Shown: positions 17,141 through 24,000 of the stretch, one piece after another
Layout: every line of letters starts with the position of its first letter
Position numbering within the stretch: the stretch's first letter is position 1
Assembly: GCA_035254305.1 (NCBI GenBank)
Contig: DATFAS010000077.1
Coordinates: forward strand, 1-24,000
Origin: Bacillota bacterium
GTDB taxonomy: Bacteria > Bacillota > Bacilli > Aneurinibacillales > RAOX-1
DNA: 24,000 nucleotides
Direction: 5' to 3'
Program-made: the position numbers and the translations under genes
The notes under the pieces: model-generated
What the model saw: the letters and a program-made list of their open reading frames with translations, nothing else
The model's database searches: none
What the model was told of the DNA's origin: nothing

Positions 17141-18553
17141 TTAACCCCGATCCTTTCCTTCCTTCTTCCACCAATCCCTAAATGATTGCTTTGCTGGTTG
17201 TGGTAAATCCCTTACATCCGTCCATCCCCCAAGCATTCCTGGTCCGCTTGTTATCACACCATCCTTAGCCATGACGCCCATTCCGGTATGAGCCATCTTC
17301 ACCGCAAGATCGTAAACCGTAGGATGGCTTGTGACATATCCAAATCCTTTAAAAGCAAGCTTCTCCGATGCAGGTGTGAAACCTTGTTCTACCTCATCCT
17401 TACGATGCTCAATCAATAATTCATGGAGGGGAATTTTCACTGGGCAAACCTCTGTACATGCTCCACATAAACTAGAAGCATAAGGAAGTTCCTTAAATTC
17501 CTCATACCCATCAAAGAGAGGGGATAACACAGCTCCAATCGGTCCACTATATACCCCACCGTAAGCATGACCACCAATATGACGATAAACCGGACAAACA
17601 TTCAAGCAAGCACCACAACGAATACATTTCAGTGCTTCTTGATAGGCTGTTCCAAGAATCTTCGATCGACCATTATCAATAATCACGATATGTACATCAT
17701 CAGGGCCATCTAAATCAGCTTCCTTGCGAGGTGAATTAATTCCTGTTACATACACACTAATCTTTTGACCGGTAGCACTTCGCGTTAACATGGAAACAAC
17801 CATATCTAATTCTTGCCAGCCTGGAACAATCCTCTCCATTCCCATCATAACGATATGGGTTTTCGGTAAAGTAGTTGTTAATCGTGCATTCCCCTCATTA
17901 CTAATGAGAACGACTGACCCAGATTCTGCTACTGCAAAATTACAACCTGAAATTCCAATGTCTGCATTTAAGAACTCTTCACGAAGCTTTTCTCTAGCGA
18001 ATGAACAGAGCTCTGTCGTTTCTTGGGAAAGCTGTCTGCCTGCCACCTCTGAGAATAATTCTGAAACTTCTTTTCTTGTTTTGTGAATAGCAGGTGCAAT
18101 GAGGTGAGAGGGTGTCTCGTCTGCTAACTGAATGATATATTCTCCTAAATCTGTTTCAACGACACGCACACCCATTTCTTCAAGATGTTTGTTTAAGTGC
18201 ATTTCTTCAGAAACCATAGACTTAGATTTTACAACCGTTTTGGCTCCCTTTTCCTTCGCAATTCCCGTTATAATTTGAACTGCCTCATCTGCTGTATCTG
18301 CAAAGTGGACATGTCCGCCTTTTTTTCGAACATTCGTGGCAAACTGCTCAATATAGCTATCTAAATTCTCAATCGTATGCATCCGAATAGCCGAAACATG
18401 ATCCCGCCATTCTTCGAAATTACCCACTAGCTCAGCAGCCGCTATCCTACCCGCACGAAACTTATCTTGAGCTAATGGAACCGCCTTTTTTAACACAGGA
18501 TCGGCTAGTGCCTTCTCTACTCTCTCGTGAAACGGTAATCGTTGTGTACTCAT
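17141..18553 (-). CDS. lutB: Lactate utilization iron-sulfur protein B
   Basis: CIRCGACLNVCPVYRHIGG and CGACTEVCPVKIPL Fe-S motifs; LUD-type N-terminal domain. Confidence 0.96.
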   Translation of the reverse strand: MSTQRLPFHERVEKALADPVLKKAVPLAQDKFRAGRIAAAELVGNFEEWRDHVSAIRMHTIENLDSYIEQFATNVRKKGGHVHFADTADEAVQIITGIAKEKGAKTVVKSKSMVSEEMHLNKHLEEMGVRVVETDLGEYIIQLADETPSHLIAPAIHKTRKEVSELFSEVAGRQLSQETTELCSFAREKLREEFLNADIGISGCNFAVAESGSVVLISNEGNARLTTTLPKTHIVMMGMERIVPGWQELDMVVSMLTRSATGQKISVYVTGINSPRKEADLDGPDDVHIVIIDNGRSKILGTAYQEALKCIRCGACLNVCPVYRHIGGHAYGGVYSGPIGAVLSPLFDGYEEFKELPYASSLCGACTEVCPVKIPLHELLIEHRKDEVEQGFTPASEKLAFKGFGYVTSHPTVYDLAVKMAHTGMGVMAKDGVITSGPGMLGGWTDVRDLPQPAKQSFRDWWKKEGKDRG

Positions 18554-18555
18554 GA

Positions 18556-19284
18556 TTATTGCTTTCCTCCCTGCGCGAGAACTTCAGCAACGTGCATGAC
18601 CTTGATATCTTTTTGTGTTCGATTTAATCTTCCACCGATATTCATCAGACAGCCCATATCCGAACCAATCAGTATTTCTGCACCTGTTGACTCAATGTTG
18701 CGGATCTTCTCGTCAACCATTTTCTCCGAGATTTCACTCATCTTCGCTGCGAAAGTTCCACCGAATCCACAACAATCATTACAATAAGGAAGATCCACCA
18801 CCTCTAGCCCCTCTACTTGCCCGAGAAGCGCCTTTGGTTCTTCCTTTATTCCTAAACCGCGGGCCATATGACAGGATTGATGGTAGGTGGCTTTCCCCGG
18901 AAGCTTGAGGTCACTCATCTCTACCTTCAATATTTTAACTAAGAATTCAGAGAATTCATATGTTTTATCCACTAATTTTTGCGCCTTCTCTAGCCAAACC
19001 GGTTCTTCCTTAAATAGGCCTGGATAGTAGTGGCGAATCATGGAGGCACAAGAACCTGAAGGGGTTACAACGATCTCACTCTTCTCGAAGGCTTTAATCA
19101 GCTGCCTGGCTGCTTCTTTGGCATCCTTCTGGTATCCACTGTTAAATGCTGGTTGACCACAGCATGTTTGTTCAGCAGGGAAATCTACTTCTACTCCATT
19201 TCTCTTTAAAACTTCCACCACGCTTATTCCCACATTCGGATAAAATACGTCGGCCAAACAGGTTATAAAGAGTGAAACCTTCAT
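18556..19284 (-). CDS. lutA: Lactate utilization protein A (CCG-domain Fe-S oxidoreductase)
   Basis: EQTCCGQPAFNSG, SGSCASMI, HQSCHMARGLG, NDCCGFGGTFAAK, GSDMGCLMNI. Confidence 0.96.
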   Translation of the reverse strand: MKVSLFITCLADVFYPNVGISVVEVLKRNGVEVDFPAEQTCCGQPAFNSGYQKDAKEAARQLIKAFEKSEIVVTPSGSCASMIRHYYPGLFKEEPVWLEKAQKLVDKTYEFSEFLVKILKVEMSDLKLPGKATYHQSCHMARGLGIKEEPKALLGQVEGLEVVDLPYCNDCCGFGGTFAAKMSEISEKMVDEKIRNIESTGAEILIGSDMGCLMNIGGRLNRTQKDIKVMHVAEVLAQGGKQ

Positions 19285-19387
19285 TGTATTTCCTCCCTTT
19301 CTATTTACTACGAAACTATGAAAATCAGGTTATCGGATGACCTATCAATAAAATTTATTGAATTATAACATATTTTATAGAAAAAAA

Positions 19388-19412
19388 AGGCTATTTCATT
19401 ACAAAATAGCGT
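19388..19412 (-). terminator. Terminator after the Moco-domain-like gene
   Basis: On - strand: GCTATTTTGTAATGAAATAGC followed by CTTTTTTTT. Confidence 0.8.
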
Positions 19413-19429
19413 GAAAAGATAAACTAGTC

Positions 19430-19795
19430 TTATGCAAGTACGATCCGAACGACTGATTTAACATTCAGACAATCACTTTCATACCCCGGGACATAAAGTC
19501 TTACAGGATATCCTTTTTTTAATGGCTCTCCTTTTTGTTTATACAAAAGGAACGCTGAGTGAAGTTCAGCCATTGGAATCCTTTGTTCAAAACCATCATT
19601 AGCAATAAAGCTAGCAAATTCATAGTGACAATCAATAGATAATTCCTGAAAAACCCTGGTAAGATAAACAGCCTCTCCACCTTTAAGTACATAATCTTCA
19701 ACAGGAACCGTTTCATCCGTCCATTTCTCTAGATCACTCCATTTGATCGGATAAATTTGATCCGGAGTGATGAGTTCAAGCTTCCAATTCTGCAC
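19430..19795 (-). CDS. Small (121 aa) protein resembling the oxidoreductase molybdopterin-binding (sulfite-oxidase-like) domain
   Basis: WKLELITP..., WSDLEKW, ...ANDGFEQRIPMAELHSAFLLYKQKGEPLKKGYPVRLYVPGYESDCLNVKSVVRIVL; co-oriented with moaB/moaC. Confidence 0.6.
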   Translation of the reverse strand: MQNWKLELITPDQIYPIKWSDLEKWTDETVPVEDYVLKGGEAVYLTRVFQELSIDCHYEFASFIANDGFEQRIPMAELHSAFLLYKQKGEPLKKGYPVRLYVPGYESDCLNVKSVVRIVLA

Positions 19796-19806
19796 ATATA
19801 CTCCCC

Positions 19807-20304
19807 CTAAACGGTATCATTATGTTCTATATTATTCTGCAATAATTGCAAAGCATGGGGTAGAACATCCACAATCGCTTCGAAGCATTCCCGTACAGCC
19901 TTCGGGCTCCCTGGTAAATTAATAATCAATGTATTTCCACGAATTCCCGCAGTCGCCCTAGAAAGAATTGCATATTTTGTTTTAACCAAAGAGGCAGCTC
20001 TCATTTTTTCTGGTATTCCAGGTACCTCTTTTTGAATGACAGCTTTTGTGGCTTCGGGTGTAATATCTCTTGCAGCAAATCCGGTTCCACCTGTTGTTAA
20101 GATCAGCTGGCACTGATCTTGATCCGATAATTGAATCAAATAATTTTCAATAATGGTTTGTTCATCAGGGATCACATGGTATTGAATGACTTCCCCTTTT
20201 ATCTCTTCAACAAGAGACTTTAATAATTCACCACTTAGATCAACACGTTCCCCCTTGCTTCCTTTATCACTCGCTGTTAAAACTCCAACCTTCCACTTAG
20301 ACAT
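19807..20304 (-). CDS. moaB: Molybdenum cofactor biosynthesis protein B (MogA/MoaB family)
   Basis: VGVLTASDKGSKGERVDLSG, LILTTGGTGFAARDITPEAT, LIINLPGSPKAVRECFEAI. Confidence 0.95.
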   Translation of the reverse strand: MSKWKVGVLTASDKGSKGERVDLSGELLKSLVEEIKGEVIQYHVIPDEQTIIENYLIQLSDQDQCQLILTTGGTGFAARDITPEATKAVIQKEVPGIPEKMRAASLVKTKYAILSRATAGIRGNTLIINLPGSPKAVRECFEAIVDVLPHALQLLQNNIEHNDTV

Positions 20305-20316
20305 GATTACACCCTC

Positions 20317-20805
20317 CTATTCCACATATCCTTCTCGAACGAAATCTCCACTCTTGCCACCGGACTTTCTTAACAAATACGTAGGACCAATAACCATTCC
20401 TTTATCCATTGCCTTGCACATATCATAAATCGTCAACGCAGCAACACTTGCGGCTGTTAATGCTTCCATCTCCACTCCAGTACTGCCTGTGGTCTTGGCT
20501 CTTGCCTTAATCTCAATTTTTTGCTCTGACAAAAAAGAAAACTCAATATCCACACCTGTTAATGGAATAGGATGGCACATAGGAATGATTTCGGATGTCT
20601 TTTTCGCAGCCATAATTCCAGCCACCTGTGAAACAGCAAGTACATCTCCTTTACCTATTCGCCCTTCCTTAATCCTTGCCATTGTTTCAATTTCCATCTC
20701 TACATAACTCATAGCAATGGCTTCTCTTTTGGTTGTTTGTTTATCGGATATATCGACCATCTTAGCTCGACTTTGTTCATTAAAATGGGTTAATTTATCG
20801 CTCAT
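20317..20805 (-). CDS. moaC: Cyclic pyranopterin monophosphate synthase; upstream alternative start at 20817
   Basis: [61 protein letters not shown]. Confidence 0.97.
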   Translation of the reverse strand: MSDKLTHFNEQSRAKMVDISDKQTTKREAIAMSYVEMEIETMARIKEGRIGKGDVLAVSQVAGIMAAKKTSEIIPMCHPIPLTGVDIEFSFLSEQKIEIKARAKTTGSTGVEMEALTAASVAALTIYDMCKAMDKGMVIGPTYLLRKSGGKSGDFVREGYVE

Positions 20806-20891
20806 TGTTACCACCATTCTGCCCTCAAATTTATCTTGATTTTATTATAACAAAATTGTCTATCATATTTTTAACTAAAAAGAAAAGCTCC

Positions 20892-21914
20892 TCATTTCTT
20901 AATCCCTTTCTCTTGATAATACTTGACAGCACCAGAATGAAGCTCTAGGCTGACTCCCTCAAGAGCTGTTTCAAGTTTAATCTGTTCAGCTTGCTTTTGT
21001 ATCTTCTTCATTTGGTCTAGATTTTCAAATAGTGTTTTTGTTAAATGATAGACCATCGCCTCATCTAATTCAGACCGGGCAACTAGCTGGGTCTTAACAG
21101 CAACTGTCTGAACCTCTTGGTCAAATCCAGGATATGTACCCTTAAGGATCGGCTGCTCCACATAGTATGGATACTTTTGGATTAACTGCTTCATATGCTC
21201 AGCATCAAGCCCAATGATGCGAATTCCTTTCGTTATCGCAAGCTCATTAACAGCAGCAATGGGAGCTGGCGCTGTAATGAAAGCTGCATCGATACTTCCA
21301 TCCTGTAAATGGCTAGACGCTTCTCCAAAATCAAGATATTCTGTCTTACCTAAATCACTAAATTTTATACCGTATATTTCAAGTAGCTGCTCAGCATTTG
21401 CCTCGATTCCACTATTAAATGCACCAATAGCTACACGTTTTCCCTTTAGATCCTGTATCGTTCGAATGGTACTATTCTTAGCAACTACAATCTGAATCGT
21501 TTCATTATACAGTGAAGCTATCACTTTCAAATTTTTGATAGCACCACTTTCTTTAAACATGTTGACCCCTTTCGAGGCATAATCAGCGATATCCCCTTTG
21601 GTTAGAGCCAAGTCAACTTGTCTCTTCTTAATTACACGCATGTTCTCGATAGAATTACTTGTACTCTGGACAGAGGCGTTAACCTGAGCTTTTTCCGTAA
21701 AGATTTTGGCTATTCCTGCACCAAGTGAATAGTAAGTTCCAGATGTCCCTCCTGTTGCAATGATGATTGAATCAGGCGTTCCATATTGCTGTTGATCTGT
21801 TGGCTTGTTGGCTTGATGGTTCAATCCCTGATCTGTTCCTCTACCACAACCTAATACAAATAAACTAAGACCAAGAGTTAATACTAACATCGAAAGAAGC
21901 CCTTTCTTTCTCAA
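20892..21914 (-). CDS. TAXI-family TRAP transporter solute-binding lipoprotein
   Basis: Lipobox LFVLGCGRG; IIIATGGTSGTYYSLGAGIAKIF...VNASVQSTSNSIENMRVI typical of the TAXI family. Confidence 0.95.
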   Translation of the reverse strand: MRKKGLLSMLVLTLGLSLFVLGCGRGTDQGLNHQANKPTDQQQYGTPDSIIIATGGTSGTYYSLGAGIAKIFTEKAQVNASVQSTSNSIENMRVIKKRQVDLALTKGDIADYASKGVNMFKESGAIKNLKVIASLYNETIQIVVAKNSTIRTIQDLKGKRVAIGAFNSGIEANAEQLLEIYGIKFSDLGKTEYLDFGEASSHLQDGSIDAAFITAPAPIAAVNELAITKGIRIIGLDAEHMKQLIQKYPYYVEQPILKGTYPGFDQEVQTVAVKTQLVARSELDEAMVYHLTKTLFENLDQMKKIQKQAEQIKLETALEGVSLELHSGAVKYYQEKGIKK

Positions 21915-22002
21915 GTTTTATAGATCCCCCTTTGGTTAGCTAATATTCAATCAAAACTTATTACCATTCTGTAACATTATTCTTTAAGAAGGTGAAATAA
22001 TC

Positions 22003-22458
22003 ATGCGACTCATTTTAATCCTTATTCTAATTATTTTTCATTCATTCACTTCCTTTGCTTCTGCAGAGGAGGAGGAGGTATATCTATTAATTGATAAATC
22101 AAGTAACCAATTGATTGTTATACTGAATGATCAACCTATTTTCCATTTTCCCATCGCAACAGGGAAAGCTGTTCATCTTACCCCAATAGGAAGCTTCCAA
22201 ATAACACGTAAAGTAAAAAACCCCTGGTACATTCCAAAGAATATACCAGGGGGAGATTCACGAAACCCAGTAGGGACCCGTTGGCTTGGCTTGAATGTTC
22301 CTCATACAGACGGCTATAAATACGGTATACATGGTACCAATGATCCTAGTTCTATCGGTAAACATGTGAGTCAAGGCTGCATTCGAATGAAAAATGAAGA
22401 TATTGAATGGCTCTATCAACATATCCCATTAAGCACGAGGGTAGTCATTCAACCTTAA
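22003..22458 (+). CDS. L,D-transpeptidase (YkuD domain) with signal peptide
   Basis: LIDKSSNQLIVILNDQPIFHFPIATG, YKYGIHGTNDPSSIGKHVSQGCIRMKNEDIEWLY. Confidence 0.95.
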   Translation: MRLILILILIIFHSFTSFASAEEEEVYLLIDKSSNQLIVILNDQPIFHFPIATGKAVHLTPIGSFQITRKVKNPWYIPKNIPGGDSRNPVGTRWLGLNVPHTDGYKYGIHGTNDPSSIGKHVSQGCIRMKNEDIEWLYQHIPLSTRVVIQP

Positions 22459-24000
22459 CCAAAAAGATTCCGATACTCATCCATTTTTAGTAATACCTCT
22501 CTTGGTTTACTTCCAGATTGAGCTGATATAAACCCTTCTGCTTCCATCATGTCAACCAAACGGGCTGCACGGTTATATCCAATCCGAAAGCGACGCTGTA
22601 GAGATGACGAAGAAGCTTGTCCCTGTTCCACTACAAAAAGTAAAGCTTCTTCAAATAATTCATCGTCATTTTCCATAGGATTCGATGTGGCTTTAGAAAG
22701 TTCCTCTTTATCAAATAGATAGACCGTTTTTTGTTGAGCCTTTATATGATCGACAACTAACTCAATCTCATCATCAGATACAAAATTACCCTGAAGACGA
22801 GTAGGCTTTGCTTCACCAACAGGATAGTAAAGCATATCCCCTTTTCCAAGTAATCTCTCAGCTCCTGACATGTCGAGAATCGTTCGTGAATCCACTTGTG
22901 ATGATACCGCAAAAGCAATGCGAGTAGGAATATTAGCTTTAATTAAACCGGTTATAACATCAACGGATGGTCGCTGGGTTGCTAATAATAAGTGAATACC
23001 ACAAGCACGTGCCTTTTGTGCAATTCGACAAATCGACTCTTCTACATCATGGGGGGATACCATCATAAGGTCTGCTAGTTCATCAATAATGATAACAATA
23101 TAAGGAAGCTTTTCTTTTCCTTCACGTTGGACTATCAAATTATAACGTTCAATATCTCTAGCACCTGTATCCGCAAATTTCTCATACCGCCCGTCCATCT
23201 CTTCAACAGCCCACTTCAGTGCTGCTGTTGCTTGTTTGGGGTCTGTAACAACAGGTGTTAGAAGGTGTGGAATATGATTATATGGAGCTAATTCAACCAC
23301 CTTCGGATCAATAAGAATCAATCGAACATCTTCAGGCTTCGCTTTATATAAAAGACTGATAATAATGGAATTTACACAGACACTTTTTCCTGAACCAGTA
23401 GAACCCGCAATAAGTCCATGAGGCATTTTCTTTAAATCCCCAATAACTGGGTTCCCAGAAATATCTCTACCTAATGCTATGGCAAGAGGGGATTTGTTTT
23501 GAATAAACTCTTCTGATTGAAGAATTGATCGGATAAAAACTGGTAAACTTACCTCGTTAGGTACCTCAACTCCAATAGCAGATCTTCCCGGGATCGGCGC
23601 TTCCATTCGTATATCCTTTGCTGCCAATGCTAACTTAATGTCATCAATTAGGTTAGTAAATTTATTAACCTTAACACCTGGTGCAGGTTGTAATTCATAT
23701 CGAGTAACAGTTGGACCCTTTACCACACCAATTACATCCGCTTTTACACTGAAATTCTCTAATGTCACGATAAGCTTCTCAATTTGCTGATCCGTATAAT
23801 GATCATCCACATAGGATAGCCTAGGCTCCTCCTGAAGATAACCTAAGTCAGGAAAGATATAATTACCAGTAGCTATAGAGCTAGCTGTGGTGTACCCTTC
23901 CGATTTCCTCGGTGAAATAGGGGAGAATTGTTCTTGCTTAACCCCTACATCCAAACCTGAAGCTGGCTGTTCGTAAATTTTATGTTGGTTCGTGGTTTCA
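22455..24000 (-). CDS. DNA translocase FtsK/SpoIIIE family; N-terminus beyond window edge
   Basis: Walker A HGLIAGSTGSGKSVCVNSII, DPKVVELAPYNHIPHLLTPVVTDPKQA, LLLATQRPSVDVITGLIKANIPTRIAF, C-terminal gamma winged helix. The frame stays open to 24000 (ETTNQHKIYEQPASGL upstream of the track start), so the start is probably outside the window. Confidence 0.96.
   Translation of the reverse strand, partial: ETTNQHKIYEQPASGLDVGVKQEQFSPISPRKSEGYTTASSIATGNYIFPDLGYLQEEPRLSYVDDHYTDQQIEKLIVTLENFSVKADVIGVVKGPTVTRYELQPAPGVKVNKFTNLIDDIKLALAAKDIRMEAPIPGRSAIGVEVPNEVSLPVFIRSILQSEEFIQNKSPLAIALGRDISGNPVIGDLKKMPHGLIAGSTGSGKSVCVNSIIISLLYKAKPEDVRLILIDPKVVELAPYNHIPHLLTPVVTDPKQATAALKWAVEEMDGRYEKFADTGARDIERYNLIVQREGKEKLPYIVIIIDELADLMMVSPHDVEESICRIAQKARACGIHLLLATQRPSVDVITGLIKANIPTRIAFAVSSQVDSRTILDMSGAERLLGKGDMLYYPVGEAKPTRLQGNFVSDDEIELVVDHIKAQQKTVYLFDKEELSKATSNPMENDDELFEEALLFVVEQGQASSSSLQRRFRIGYNRAARLVDMMEAEGFISAQSGSKPREVLLKMDEYRNLFG

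Noticed and set aside
22440-22460. Overlap of the L,D-transpeptidase and FtsK/SpoIIIE stop codons
   Set aside because: Convergent genes overlapping by 4 nt at their stops is common in compact genomes and does not indicate a special structure.
1-24000. CRISPR arrays, tRNA or rRNA genes
   Set aside because: I did not see regularly spaced repeats or recognisable tRNA/rRNA sequences in the intergenic regions, though this was by eye and not by a covariance scan.

Overview
Low-GC Firmicutes (Bacillales-like) window. Its most interesting feature is an interrupted htrA-like serine protease gene. The N-terminal half (His/Asp of the triad) is at 3345-3821 and the C-terminal half (NPGNSGGPL) is at 15025-15261, both on the + strand and in the same codon phase. 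About 11.2 kb separates them. The insert ends in a large serine recombinase (13387-14988) whose stop lies about 37 bp from the right junction. Both junctions share ACGA, and removing 11,206 bp restores an in-frame protease reading ...GNPMGLDHTVT|[11 protein letters not shown]...NPGNSGGPL. Joining the two insert ends in silico gives an attP-like site with an 8-bp perfect outer inverted repeat (TTTTTGGC...GCCAAAAA) centred on the shared AC, with 19/30 matching positions per arm. I see no phage, replication or conjugation genes. The cargo is metabolic: the mannitol PTS locus (mtlR, mtlA, mtlF, mtlD), the general PTS genes ptsI and ptsH, and an ACT-less homoserine dehydrogenase under a SAM-I riboswitch. 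A 51-aa ORF divergent from the recombinase is also present. Outside the insert are mostly ordinary genes: an SBP-family-5 lipoprotein/binding protein, M29 aminopeptidase, HxlR regulator, NUDIX hydrolase, lutABC, moaC-moaB with a small Moco-domain-like protein, a TAXI receptor, an L,D-transpeptidase and FtsK/SpoIIIE. There are also some unannotated small ORFs.
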